64,000 nt of DNA, taken from IMG/VR virus record IMGVR_UViG_3300022924_000016, positions 1-64,000 of that record; one strand, given 5' to 3'. Numbering within the stretch: the first letter of the stretch is position 1; each line of letters opens with the position of its first letter. The DNA comes from a virus. Positions 31,157 to 41,542 of the stretch are shown piece by piece. A program made the translations under genes and the position numbers. Under the pieces are notes generated by a model. That model had not been told where the DNA came from. It made no database searches and saw nothing but the letters and a program-made list of their open reading frames with translations.

Positions 31157-31582
31157 TCATTTTTTATTTGGGTTTAAATGCTTAGCATAAACTGTTGATT
31201 TACACCAAAAATTGTAATAATCTTCACTTAGTAAACTGTCCGAACAATATATAGCCTGACTTTCATAATATGTCAATTCAGCTTTTGTAAAGCACCACCT
31301 TAAAATTTCTTTTTTATAAATGTCGCCGTTTTTAATATCTTCTAGTAGCATCTTCGAAGAACCACAATACGAAGACCAAGAATAAGCTCCTTTAGAAATT
31401 CCTTTATTTACTCCGCTTTTATGTTTAGGTTTTAACATAGTTTTTCTACCCAAATACTTTTTATTTTTAGTAATGTTGGTTATTTCGTAAATAAATCCCA
31501 AAGCATTTGGTTCACAATCAGCTAGATTTTTTATTTCTTTGCCGTTGTAAGTCCAATTTACTGTTTGTTTTTTTATAGCCAT
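31157..31582 (-). CDS. GIY-YIG-family nuclease-like protein
   Basis: GFIYEITN...KYLGRK...Y.GSS...EIL...YYE...YYN. Confidence 0.7.
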   Translation of the reverse strand: MAIKKQTVNWTYNGKEIKNLADCEPNALGFIYEITNITKNKKYLGRKTMLKPKHKSGVNKGISKGAYSWSSYCGSSKMLLEDIKNGDIYKKEILRWCFTKAELTYYESQAIYCSDSLLSEDYYNFWCKSTVYAKHLNPNKK

Positions 31583-31741
31583 TTTCTATTTTTATTACCA
31601 TAGGTAAATCCGCCCATTACTATTGCATTAAACATTCGCTCAAAAAATAGATTATTAACATCCCCTTCGAGGACTTTAACTGTTATTGTAGTTTCTATTT
31701 TTTTACCCTGGGATTCTCCTGTAAAAACTCGGGTCTCGGTA

Positions 31742-31942
31742 TTATGTAAAGTTTCCATATTCAATTCTGTTTAGTTCTTTTCTAACTGTTTCTATCCCTT
31801 CTTGGGTTCTAATTAAATCTGAAGGTTTTGCATTTAGATATTTATTTTCTTCTTCCAGCCATTTTTTAAATTTTTCTGATTCATTATTAAAAACTTCTAA
31901 GCCATATTCAAGCAGTTCATAATTTTCCAAACATTGTTTCAT
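31742..31942 (-). CDS. stand-alone Xre/MbcA/ParS antitoxin toxin-binding domain (DUF2384-like)
   Basis: GLEVF....KF.KWL...N..L...P.DL..T.EG...V..EL.RIEYG.F matches the domain pattern over its full length. Confidence 0.8.
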   Translation of the reverse strand: MKQCLENYELLEYGLEVFNNESEKFKKWLEEENKYLNAKPSDLIRTQEGIETVRKELNRIEYGNFT

Positions 31943-32222
31943 ATTCTTCTTTTGGGTATATTTTAAAACTTAAATCGTTTATTTTATATTCTTTTTCGCC
32001 GAATAATGGTATACTTGTATTGGCAACAGAATTTATAAAATCAAATGTTTCTTGTGATAATTCAAGAGTAGTAAACTGTTTTAAGTTGTTTGATTGCTTG
32101 TCGAAATTTATAGGTATAAACTTTAGCTTACTTAATTCTTTTTTAAGTTCCTCTACGTTAAATTTTTCTGGTTCAATATAAACCTCTCTATCTAACACTT
32201 CTGTTATTGCTATGTATTTCAT

Positions 32223-32891
32223 TTATATCTCATTTTTTTGGCTATGTAAAACACTTAATTCTTTCTGTTTTATTTTTATTAATTTTTCTATATCTGAAAT
32301 TTTCTTTTGGCGCGATTTTTCTTTTTGAATTTCTTCTTTTGTGGCGAATTTAAACTGAGTCAAATTTTCTTCTGATATAGAATTTTCAAACTCATTTACA
32401 AATGGATCGGAAACAAAGCCATAAGATTTCTCTTCGCTTGATAATTTAAAAGTTTTCAAACCTCCTGAGGAGTTTATAAAATACTCACAAAATCTAGTAC
32501 CTTTTACTGGATATTCATTTCTAAACAATGTTACCCAAACTTCTCCTTCTTTCACCTTTTCTCTTAGATACTCAAAACTATGTATATGATTGTCTAAAGT
32601 CCAATACTCGTCATATATTTCTTTGGCTTGGGAATAATCTATGATTTTATAATCTCTTATCTGTTTTAAGATTGAAGCTATTAAATTTCTTGTACTACAT
32701 CCTTTTCTTTTGGGTGTGAAGTGTCTATATCTATTTAAGAAATTAGATTTGTTCTTTATTTTACTTACGTCTTTATTCCACTTATATAGAGTCCAAAGAT
32801 TTTTTATTTGTGTTAGCATATTAAAATTTTTATAAATACTTTCTAGCAAAAACCAAACTATAATGACTATAATACTAATTTTTAGATTCAT
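32223..32891 (-). CDS. hypothetical protein (likely start at internal MLTQIK)
   Basis: Long ORF in array. Confidence 0.6.
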   Translation of the reverse strand: MNLKISIIVIIVWFLLESIYKNFNMLTQIKNLWTLYKWNKDVSKIKNKSNFLNRYRHFTPKRKGCSTRNLIASILKQIRDYKIIDYSQAKEIYDEYWTLDNHIHSFEYLREKVKEGEVWVTLFRNEYPVKGTRFCEYFINSSGGLKTFKLSSEEKSYGFVSDPFVNEFENSISEENLTQFKFATKEEIQKEKSRQKKISDIEKLIKIKQKELSVLHSQKNEI

Positions 32892-33249
32892 CCTTTTTAT
32901 TCATCTCATCTATTATGTAAGAAGTACAGAAAAATATGGAAGCGCAGATAATACAAGTACTCCAATTAGAAAATAAAGAGGTTATTAAAAATACCCAACC
33001 CGTTATTCTAGCACATAATTTATTTGTCATAATTCTTCTATTTTTAGATTATTCAACCACTCTTTAAAATCTCCTTCTGGATTATCTTCTTTAACTCTTT
33101 GTTCAATAACTGATACTAAACTTTTCTTGGCGAGTTCTAAAGAAGTTATTACTTCCATTAAATAAGTAGCCCCTGTTGAATTAAGAGCTACTTTATTATT
33201 TTCACCATCATTTGTTACTTCTATTATAATTGTGTTGTTTAGTAGCATA

Positions 33250-33699
33250 TTATTTCATTCTATCTTTTGTCTCATTGATGTACATATTAAGATCATCCCT
33301 TAAATCAGAAATATTAGTTAATGATTCCCTGAAAAAACCTCTTTGGTCAATAAACTCTTTATATTTTTTACTTCCTGATGCCAATTTTTCTGCCGCATTT
33401 AAAGAGCACTTTTCATAAATTGTTTCATCTTCTGGATCGGAGTATCTTCCTTCACTTATTGCCACACAAATTCTATACTTAATTGAAGTTGCTGACTTGT
33501 CATCACGTCTGATCCATTCTTTTGTAAAATAAGTATGGAATTCTCTTAGAGAAGCTTTAATGTCTATAAAACGCCCTTGGAACTCCAAAAGCGTATTTTT
33601 ATTAGCATCACCTGTGTTTATAAAGTCTCTATAAGATTGTCTATCGTTATCGAATTTCTCAATAAGAACCTGCAACCTATCTCCGAAATTATCTTGCAT
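33250..33699 (-). CDS. helical protein, possible UvsY-like recombination mediator
   Basis: 149-aa all-alpha ORF overlapping the 3' end of recA; size and position only. Confidence 0.4.
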   Translation of the reverse strand: MQDNFGDRLQVLIEKFDNDRQSYRDFINTGDANKNTLLEFQGRFIDIKASLREFHTYFTKEWIRRDDKSATSIKYRICVAISEGRYSDPEDETIYEKCSLNAAEKLASGSKKYKEFIDQRGFFRESLTNISDLRDDLNMYINETKDRMK

Positions 33700-34684
33700 C
33701 TTTTAGTTGTTTTTTTAGGAACTCAAAGTCTTCGAGATTGGCTCTCAGATAAACTGCGAATTTATCCGTGCCTTGCACTTTTTTCTCTTCTCCAAATCTG
33801 TCAGGGAATGTAATCCACCCTGTTGCACCTGCATTTACTAATTTAGTCTCACAAAAAATTTGAGCATATTCATCTATTTCTTGAAAACCTCCATCATAAT
33901 AAAAATTTAAAGTAATAACTTCTTTTTTGTCAAATGCTCCTGCCTTACTTTTCTTAATCCTTACGTCTAATTTATGCCCTATTACATTTTTTTCTTCATC
34001 TCTGATTAAATCTTTTTTTGTAAAATCTAAATGGGTAAAAGGCATGTATTTGTTAAACTGACCACCTGGAAGGGTTTTATTATCCCCGTGCATAACTCCT
34101 GGATTCTCCCTCCATTGATTTAAAACAATTAATCCTGTTCCTCTTCTTGCACAATTGGCGTTGATTATTGGTAATCTCGTGCCCAGTTTCTTGGCCTCGA
34201 CACCTATAGAAAAATCTTCGGCAGACTTAGCTTCAATGGCCACGGAATAGAAAGCTTTGATAGAGTCAATAATAATTCCACAAATATCTTCTGATTGCGA
34301 AAATACTTCTGCTGTATCTAGCATATTTTCCAATACCGAATCTTTATAGACAATAAGACGATTTTTATCTAAACCAAATCTTTCCACATGGCTGTCGGTA
34401 ATGGTCTGTTCTCCGTCTAATACCGCAACAGTTTTTGTAGGATACTTTATTTGAAGCTCTCTTGCAACTATTAATGCAATACTTGATTTACCACTCCCTT
34501 CCCAACCTGTTAGCATTGTCATAGCACCTAAAGGAATAACTTTACCTTCCATATGGTAATCTAAATATGCACTACCCGACGAAGAGAAATCTAAATTAAG
34601 CGTCTCGATGTCTGAGACTTTTTTAACTTGATCTTCTACTGCTTTTCCCTTATTTAATTTCTTTAATGTTTCCTCTAATGTCAT
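33689..34684 (-). CDS. recA: RecA/UvsX-like recombinase
   Basis: SSGSAYLD, GWEGSGKS (Walker A), DGEQ, IIIDS (Walker B), NQWR, PGG. Confidence 0.9.
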   Translation of the reverse strand: MTLEETLKKLNKGKAVEDQVKKVSDIETLNLDFSSSGSAYLDYHMEGKVIPLGAMTMLTGWEGSGKSSIALIVARELQIKYPTKTVAVLDGEQTITDSHVERFGLDKNRLIVYKDSVLENMLDTAEVFSQSEDICGIIIDSIKAFYSVAIEAKSAEDFSIGVEAKKLGTRLPIINANCARRGTGLIVLNQWRENPGVMHGDNKTLPGGQFNKYMPFTHLDFTKKDLIRDEEKNVIGHKLDVRIKKSKAGAFDKKEVITLNFYYDGGFQEIDEYAQIFCETKLVNAGATGWITFPDRFGEEKKVQGTDKFAVYLRANLEDFEFLKKQLKDAR

Positions 34685-35369
34685 TATTTTGTTTTTTATT
34701 ATCTCTTATTATTTTTCTATAATGGTATCTGCAATAACCTTTAGGGAAGTAAATGTGACCTAATCTATGCTTTTCTCCCTCTTTTTCGCACTTACTTATT
34801 TTGCAACATTTTGGCTTCTCTTCGTCGGATTTTCTTTCTGGCACACATCCGTATACTTCATATGTGTAGAGAGCTTTATCATAAAGTCTTGCTACTTCTT
34901 CCTCATATTCTGAATACCCTAAGTAATAGGAAACTTTATTTATATGTATAGTTCCTCCCCATACGTTATCTCTTAACTTATGTACCCCTACATATTTAGA
35001 TGTATTATTTTTATTTGGACTTTCAAAGCTTACATTTTCTCTGACAGTGCAATATCTTAGATTTTCTAATCTATTGTCTTTTATATTACTATTAATATGA
35101 TCTACTACTAATTCAGAACATCCTTTGAAAGCCATCATAACTAATCTGTGAACTCTGAATGTAAACTTTTTTCCATTTTTAGCTAAATTCAACTTTAAAT
35201 AGCCGTCTTTACCCTCAACATGCGATATTATAGTTCCTTTTATATCTTTACTTCTACCTAGAGAATTTATTATAACCCTATCTAATCCTCGGATTCTACC
35301 TAAATCCGAAGCTTGATAATAACCTTCAAAATTAGGAATATCTTTCCAAATTTCATTCGTATCTGTCAT
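34650..35369 (-). CDS. NUMOD4-HNH homing endonuclease with AP2-like domain
   Basis: EIWKDIPNFEGYYQASDLGRIR; VHRLV..AF..VDHIN...DNRLENL; SKYVGV...YLG. Confidence 0.9.
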   Translation of the reverse strand: MTDTNEIWKDIPNFEGYYQASDLGRIRGLDRVIINSLGRSKDIKGTIISHVEGKDGYLKLNLAKNGKKFTFRVHRLVMMAFKGCSELVVDHINSNIKDNRLENLRYCTVRENVSFESPNKNNTSKYVGVHKLRDNVWGGTIHINKVSYYLGYSEYEEEVARLYDKALYTYEVYGCVPERKSDEEKPKCCKISKCEKEGEKHRLGHIYFPKGYCRYHYRKIIRDNKKQNNDIRGNIKEIK

Positions 35370-35733
35370 ATACTTTATAATTAATTTTTTCTGTAATATT
35401 TTGTTCTAACTGTTTGAATACTTCTTGTACTTTTGGATAAATATTCATTTGTTTTACTTTTTCTGCGGGAAAATTGTCATAATTTGAGTGACAGTTATTT
35501 TTAGAAAAAATTCCACACAAATAAAGAATGTTACTATCTTCGGTTGCTACCGACTTAAAATATGACTTAGGTAAAACGTGTGCTATCTCAGATGCATTTC
35601 CTTTTAGTTTTTCCCCGCATTCTTCGCAATATTTTGTTTTTGCAATTCCTATGTGCTTTTGGAAAAATTCTGGAAAGTCTTTTCGTTCTTCTTTTCTTTT
35701 TTCTAATCCTTTTTTACTATATTTTCTAATCAC
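35353..35733 (-). CDS. small Zn-binding HNH endonuclease
   Basis: CEECG...AHVLPK...NILYLC...CH..YD. Confidence 0.75.
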   Translation of the reverse strand: MIRKYSKKGLEKRKEERKDFPEFFQKHIGIAKTKYCEECGEKLKGNASEIAHVLPKSYFKSVATEDSNILYLCGIFSKNNCHSNYDNFPAEKVKQMNIYPKVQEVFKQLEQNITEKINYKVYDRYE

Positions 35734-36086
35734 AATAATTCCTCTAAATCTTGAATTACTAAAGTAAAAATCTCATATTCTTTTTCTAAAACCGCCAAAG
35801 AAATATTAAAGTCGTTAATTTCTTTTTCAGACATTCCTTGTAATTGAACTTTGTTAAGCTCTTGAATCTCCATAAGAATTTCTAACTTCGTCAACTTTCT
35901 TATTTCAATTAATTCTTTTATTTTATCTATCATTTTAAACTGTCTTTAAATTCTTTTTTCGCAATTTTTTCTTTAAGTTCTTTCCTATCAATACCCAAGC
36001 AATGAAAACATCGGCACTCATAACCAGTTGTCTTATCTTTCAACCCTTCTTTATGTACTTTATCGTATTTATCTTTTCTTAACGTA

Positions 36087-36404
36087 TTAGCCATTGTCAA
36101 TCTTTATAAACTTAATACCTTTATGCAAATTAATCATCCAATTCTCCATTTTTGACTTCTCTTCATCTGATAAACCATCAATGATACTGTTCGCTTCTTC
36201 CTCAGTAAAGCTGTTTACACTTTTTACGGCGTTTTCCAAAACCAAAACATTATTGTAATCTTCTAAAGTCAACAGGTTTTCTCCGCATTCAGGACAGGCT
36301 CTGTTAATCATTGATTCATATTGGTATCTCTCAACTGTATCATCTCTATAATCGCAGTGGTCACACTTCAGTCCTTTGTGATTTAAAATTACTTTATCTT
36401 CCAT
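36087..36404 (-). CDS. Zn-ribbon protein
   Basis: LKCDHCDY...CPECGENLLT. Confidence 0.7.
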   Translation of the reverse strand: MEDKVILNHKGLKCDHCDYRDDTVERYQYESMINRACPECGENLLTLEDYNNVLVLENAVKSVNSFTEEEANSIIDGLSDEEKSKMENWMINLHKGIKFIKIDNG

Positions 36405-36697
36405 TTAAAATCTCTCTTTATTAAATTATTACAGACTAGAGTTCCAACTAAATACATTAGATTCAAGCTTTCAGTTGACATCCAATTGTTTTTCCATTCG
36501 ATTATATAGTATTCTTCTTCTAAGTCTACTGTTACTGTGCAATGATTGTTTTTGAATTTATTTTTATGCGCGTAAAAATCATTTTCAAGAAAGAATGGAG
36601 CTATTAATTCCATAATTCTTTGGTCTTCTACTTCTTCCATTTTCTGTTTATTATTGTATGGTAAAAGTAATTAAATAAAGTTAGATTAGCTAAGATT

Positions 36698-38089
36698 TTA
36701 ACCAAACATTAACTTCAAAGTTTCTTCAATTTTTTTATTCGGCGAAGTATATCCACTTTCATAAAGATATTTCAAATACCATCTGTTTCTGAAATAAAGT
36801 TGCTTTAGACTTCTCCCTTGGAATTTCCCATTTAATAGTTTATCCGAACCATTATGTTCTTCTGTAAATTCAAATTGGGTACTCTTAGGCTTTCCGTGTT
36901 TAAGAAGATACTCTTTTGTTGTTATTTCTTTTGAGCCCGCGGGGACGTCTGTAAGTAGCTTATCACCGCTGAATAAACCCCAACCATAACCTTTAATATT
37001 TTCAAAATTAAATTTAGAAGCTGATCCGAATTTTCTATAATTCCCTGAAAAACAAATCACTCTTCCGAATTCTTTATCAGGATGTGTTCTTAAAATTCTA
37101 CCGTATCTTTGCATTATTACTCTTACTGAATTTGTAGGCGAACAATCGACCAGTGAAAAAAGTCTTGGAAAATCAAAACCCACATTCAATGCGGACACCG
37201 ATATCATGGTCTTATACTTTCCACTTAAAAAGCCTTTTGTGTTTTCATCTCTTAAAGTGTCATTCATTTTAGAGTGTACAGAAACAGCTTCGGGTAATAA
37301 TTTTTGTAATTCTTCCAAGCAAGCTATTGAGGGAACAAATACTAAAGCGTTTTCATTTTCAGGCATCCTAAGAAGAAAATCTCTTACCTGTTCAGATAGA
37401 CTCATTTCTTGGTAAAACAGTTCTTTACTCTCATCCGTAAAATCTGATTGATTTGTATTAAGTTCAAGAAACTTTGCCCCATCTTCTTTATAAACATCGT
37501 AGTATTTTATAGGACTCCAATGTCCATCTTTTATCATTTTTTCGGGAGGAACAACATAACAAATATCAGTGAAGAAGGCTCCTTTAATTCTTGTCATAAC
37601 TTTCGCCATAGAACCATCTTGGCCTGTTGCATCAATATGTATGGGACTAGCTGTTAAACCGAGACAAGATTTAATTCCCAACTGTTTAAGCATTTTAATG
37701 ATGTGGGAATCCTCCTTACTTCCGTGGTCACATTCGTCTACGATTACATACTTTATATTTTGGTCTTTTAGTATTTCATAAGAGACAGATTTTGGTGTGG
37801 CGTATATCAAGTTTTCAGAAAGTTCTCGTCTTTTCATACTTGCACTATAAACAGATGGGAAAATACCGAATGATTCTACCTTACTTAAATTTTGCTCTAA
37901 AATATTCTTATCTGGCTGCAAGCAAAGTATCTTACCTTCTACCAATTCTTTAGCTATTCCTGCTATTATCAAGCTCTTACCAGATGCTGTGACTGCGAGA
38001 ATAATCTCTCTTCTTCCTTTTGGGTCTCTTAAAACTTCTAATCCTTTCTTAACAGCCTCTTCTTGGTAATCTCTGAATTTAAACTCCAT
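36698..38089 (-). CDS. superfamily 2 DNA helicase (UvsW/RadD-like)
   Basis: RDYQ (Q motif), TASGKS, DECD, LTASP, GFDFP, QRYGR.LR. Confidence 0.9.
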   Translation of the reverse strand: MEFKFRDYQEEAVKKGLEVLRDPKGRREIILAVTASGKSLIIAGIAKELVEGKILCLQPDKNILEQNLSKVESFGIFPSVYSASMKRRELSENLIYATPKSVSYEILKDQNIKYVIVDECDHGSKEDSHIIKMLKQLGIKSCLGLTASPIHIDATGQDGSMAKVMTRIKGAFFTDICYVVPPEKMIKDGHWSPIKYYDVYKEDGAKFLELNTNQSDFTDESKELFYQEMSLSEQVRDFLLRMPENENALVFVPSIACLEELQKLLPEAVSVHSKMNDTLRDENTKGFLSGKYKTMISVSALNVGFDFPRLFSLVDCSPTNSVRVIMQRYGRILRTHPDKEFGRVICFSGNYRKFGSASKFNFENIKGYGWGLFSGDKLLTDVPAGSKEITTKEYLLKHGKPKSTQFEFTEEHNGSDKLLNGKFQGRSLKQLYFRNRWYLKYLYESGYTSPNKKIEETLKLMFG

Positions 38090-38856
38090 TAAAGTGTGAA
38101 TAGTTTTTCAGTTGAAAGTTTATTTCCACCAGATTTCCCATTAGCACTTAAAGAAGATTTCAATTCTTTTTGCCAAACACATTTAAAATTTTCAGGCATT
38201 TCATATTCTGAGACATAGACATAATGCCCTTCTTTTTTCATTTCTTCACACCATTTATAAAATGCATCATAATCGAAATTTTTAGATGTGGAATAATGTT
38301 TAGTATTTTTATAAGGGATATCGCAATAAATTATAGCTTCTTTTTTGGGACTTATGGTTAAGATATCTTTGCAAGAAAATATTACTGATTTTAATAAAGG
38401 CATTTGCTTTTCAATACCTCTAATGCTTTCTGAAATATAATTCCTATCTGTTCCTATTTTAGTTTTTGAAATTCCAGAATAACCTCCCTCAAAAAATCTA
38501 CCGTTTGCTGAAGCCATATAACCAATCCATCCTATTTCAAAATCAGACATATCCGTTAAAATGTTATTATTGTAGATATTTCTTGCTTTTGAATAAAGTT
38601 CTTTACTTATTTCTAACGGTCTTTCTAGATTATTTTGAAGTCCTTTATATAAAGCAATAAGGTATCTATTATTATCTAAAGCATACCTTGGAATATAACT
38701 AGGTACTTTATCAATCAGATTAGCTCCTCCAACACAGGCATCAATAAATATCATTCCACCTTGATAATGCTCTAAAATAATCGGCAGAATTTCTTTTGCT
38801 ATTCTTGCCTTGCTTCCCATGTATTTCATACTAAAATAATATTTCAAATCTCTCAA
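38089..38856 (-). CDS. DNA adenine methyltransferase (D12/Dam-like)
   Basis: MKYMGSK, DACVGG (SAM binding), IYCDIPY (DPPY variant), VSEY. Confidence 0.85.
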   Translation of the reverse strand: MRDLKYYFSMKYMGSKARIAKEILPIILEHYQGGMIFIDACVGGANLIDKVPSYIPRYALDNNRYLIALYKGLQNNLERPLEISKELYSKARNIYNNNILTDMSDFEIGWIGYMASANGRFFEGGYSGISKTKIGTDRNYISESIRGIEKQMPLLKSVIFSCKDILTISPKKEAIIYCDIPYKNTKHYSTSKNFDYDAFYKWCEEMKKEGHYVYVSEYEMPENFKCVWQKELKSSLSANGKSGGNKLSTEKLFTL

Positions 38857-39371
38857 CTATTATCTGTGGAGATTTTGTTAAGTTTTGATTTTCTTTTATT
38901 CCATCGTGAATCCTAAAGTAGTGATTTTTAATATCATCTTCAAAATAGTTTTCACTCACCCTCACTTCAACTTCGGTTTCATCTGAAAACTGAAAATATT
39001 GTGCTTTATGTGTTAGGGGTACTTGATTACAAAAGTAAACTAAATCACCTTTTATTTTTACCAAGTATAAAAATTCTTTCTTTTCCATTTTAATATTTTT
39101 CTAAGTCTTCAATTACAGTGAACCAAAACTCTAAATCGTCTATTTCATAACCTTTTACTAAATATATTTGTTCATTTCTATTAATCATAGATATTTGAGA
39201 TTGCACCAACATTATTGCATTATTTACAGCCTCTTCCTTATGCTCATTAATATCTATTATAGGAGTATTGTGCAATTTAAAATAGTATATTGAATAGCTG
39301 TTTATCAATCTATTAACTATTTTTTTAATTTTGTCCATAATTCTTATTTAGAAAGTAAAGGTAAGCTTTAA

Positions 39372-40583
39372 TTATTTATTATCCAAATTTTTATAATCTA
39401 AATTTAAAATTTTAACAGAATCTTTTATATACCTGTACCACCTTTTTACTGTTCCCATTGACATATCTGAATTATTTACAATGGATATTTGGTCTATTTT
39501 CCCAAAGTTTTCAAAGTCCCAATCGTTTATAATCTTAAACATTTTTGATATTGTATTCTCCCTTCTTATTTTTGCTATTTGATTTACACTTAATGAGCGT
39601 CTTTCCTTAACACTAAAGTTATAGTCAGGGTTAAAAAGAATTCGCTTGGTCTTGTTAAGTATTATTTTTGGAGCATCTTGATTAAATACATTCTTAACAA
39701 TATTTAAAAGTTCTGATTTTTCTAAAGGTGGCTTAAATCTATCTTCGTTAACCACTTGTGCCCAACTTGTAAGTTGTGAGATATTAATCCAATTATTCAG
39801 TCCATAAAATTGACTCAAAACTGAAAACATTACCGTATTTCTATTTCCCAAAGTTACTATTGGTATGTAAACTTCTGAATAACATATTTTGTTATCTCCT
39901 AAATCTATGAAAGGTTCTCCGTTAAAATCTATGTCAGAAATTTTGTCTTGTAAATTTGTATACCTATATTTTGTATCCTCAAAAAGATTCGTTCTCTCGC
40001 ATCCTATAATATTATTAGTTTTAATGTTACTGAACGAAACTTTATCCTTTATAACCTTTAAGCATTCCTTATATTCATAAGTAGAGTAGAACTCATTGTA
40101 GTAAATATCTTTATCATAAGATAATACGCATAACCTATCTATTGATATAGCCCTTGTATCAATCTCTATTCCTAATTCATCTCCTAATTTTTTAGTAACT
40201 TCCTTATAGTTTGTAACTGTTAAACCTTTAACTGATAATAAAATCCCAAAACCCTTGTTTGATAAACTTTTCCAAAAAGAAACCACGTAAGGTATTTCAG
40301 ATAGATTTATACTTTCTACATTATCTATATCCAAATAGAGAAATCCTGTAGGATTTACAACAGTACTTCCGCTTACATAACTGTCGTGTGAAAAATTAAA
40401 AACTATTGACGGCAAGCCACACTTTAAAACAGAATATTTTTCAGATTTTCTGTCAAGGGTTCTTGCAAAATCAACTTGTGACTTTCTAATATGGTCAGGA
40501 TTTCTAATAGATTCTACAAAATCTGGTAATGTAAGTAGACCTATAATATCTCTCTTCTTAATATTCGCGACTAAATCAAACAT
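39372..40583 (-). CDS. primase-like replication protein (BT4734/VirE-N domain + PriCT-like + C-terminal HTH)
   Basis: K..LP...F, TGFLYLDID, SLS.KG, D......RL..LSYD; GNRN...F...PPL...E; SMGTVKRW. Confidence 0.75.
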   Translation of the reverse strand: MFDLVANIKKRDIIGLLTLPDFVESIRNPDHIRKSQVDFARTLDRKSEKYSVLKCGLPSIVFNFSHDSYVSGSTVVNPTGFLYLDIDNVESINLSEIPYVVSFWKSLSNKGFGILLSVKGLTVTNYKEVTKKLGDELGIEIDTRAISIDRLCVLSYDKDIYYNEFYSTYEYKECLKVIKDKVSFSNIKTNNIIGCERTNLFEDTKYRYTNLQDKISDIDFNGEPFIDLGDNKICYSEVYIPIVTLGNRNTVMFSVLSQFYGLNNWINISQLTSWAQVVNEDRFKPPLEKSELLNIVKNVFNQDAPKIILNKTKRILFNPDYNFSVKERRSLSVNQIAKIRRENTISKMFKIINDWDFENFGKIDQISIVNNSDMSMGTVKRWYRYIKDSVKILNLDYKNLDNK

Positions 40584-40594
40584 ATATAAAATTA

Positions 40595-40700
40595 AAAATC
40601 CCCGAATAATAAAAACCTTAAAGTGGAAAGGAGGCTTCTATTAAACAGGGAAATCTTAAATTCTGTTATAATTGTATTTTTTGCTACCCTTTCCACAGAA
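40595..40700 (-). promoter_or_regulatory. structured 5' leader (hairpin plus loop-complementary upstream element)
   Basis: Long hairpin 40597-40654; its loop (40623-40631) is the perfect complement of 40688-40696; promoter -7 at 40731-40738. Confidence 0.55.
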
Positions 40701-41001
40701 TCACAAAAACCTATATTTTAATTTTGTATGCAAATGTAGCTATTATATTCTTAATAACCAAACAGTTTAACCTTTCACTAAGAAAAATAAAGCCGTTTCT
40801 AAGACCTGAGCATCTCTTTTTATTGATATTTCCTGAACTTCGCTGGTATAATAACTGTTCCAAAGCGAATAAAGGATTTCTTCTCTTTTTTCCTCTTGAA
40901 AGGAATTTATTATAAGTTCATTCAAGAAACCGTAGATCACTTCTTTATATTCGAAGAATCCGAGTTTGTCTTTTTGCATTTTAATTTCTTTTTTCTCCCG
41001 A

Positions 41002-41109
41002 CAAAGATAATAAATTTAATTCTTTTAAGCAAATCAGTAAATAGAATATTTATCGCTGTTAAACTTTAGTTAAAGTTCTTGTGTATTAAATTATATATTA
41101 ATATCTTTG
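41002..41109. promoter_or_regulatory. divergent promoter pair at the strand switch
   Basis: TATCTTTG on minus (41002-41009) and on plus (41102-41109). Confidence 0.7.
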
Positions 41110-41113
41110 TATA

Positions 41114-41542
41114 GTGAAGCGTAAATACAATGTAAAGCAAAAATATTATACGAGGTTCATTCTTTTGATAGAAGCGGAATTATTAAGCCAAGACTTTATT
41201 TTAGACAAGAAGAATTTAGATATGAAATACTACCTCAAAGGAGATTATGGAGTTTTCATACCTAAAAAATTAGTTGAAGATTTAGGTCTTGTGATAATCA
41301 CTTACAAAGACTTATCAATCGGATACATAAAATTTGATGATTTCCCCTTTGGTCAAAAACCCGCATTCATTCAAAGAAGAAAAGATTTTTTGCAATCAAT
41401 AAATTCAATAATAGAAACACATAAATATGAACTTGACATTCCCTGGAAAAAAATTAATCGTATCAAACATAAGCTCAGAACCTTTGGGGGGGACATCTTC
41501 CACAGTGCAAGTTTTATTTGCAGGAGAGGATTCCTTCTATAA
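41114..41542 (+). CDS. hypothetical protein
   Basis: First plus-strand ORF; GTG start 4 nt after the -7 element; 3' end overlaps the next gene. Confidence 0.5.
   Translation: MKRKYNVKQKYYTRFILLIEAELLSQDFILDKKNLDMKYYLKGDYGVFIPKKLVEDLGLVIITYKDLSIGYIKFDDFPFGQKPAFIQRRKDFLQSINSIIETHKYELDIPWKKINRIKHKLRTFGGDIFHSASFICRRGFLL

Noticed and set aside
418-40915. Plus-strand ORFs of 60-100 aa within the minus-strand arm (e.g. 418-603, 7845-8066, 16252-16536, 20556-20861, 37206-37781)
   Set aside because: Antisense shadows of better-supported minus-strand genes, with no recognisable motifs
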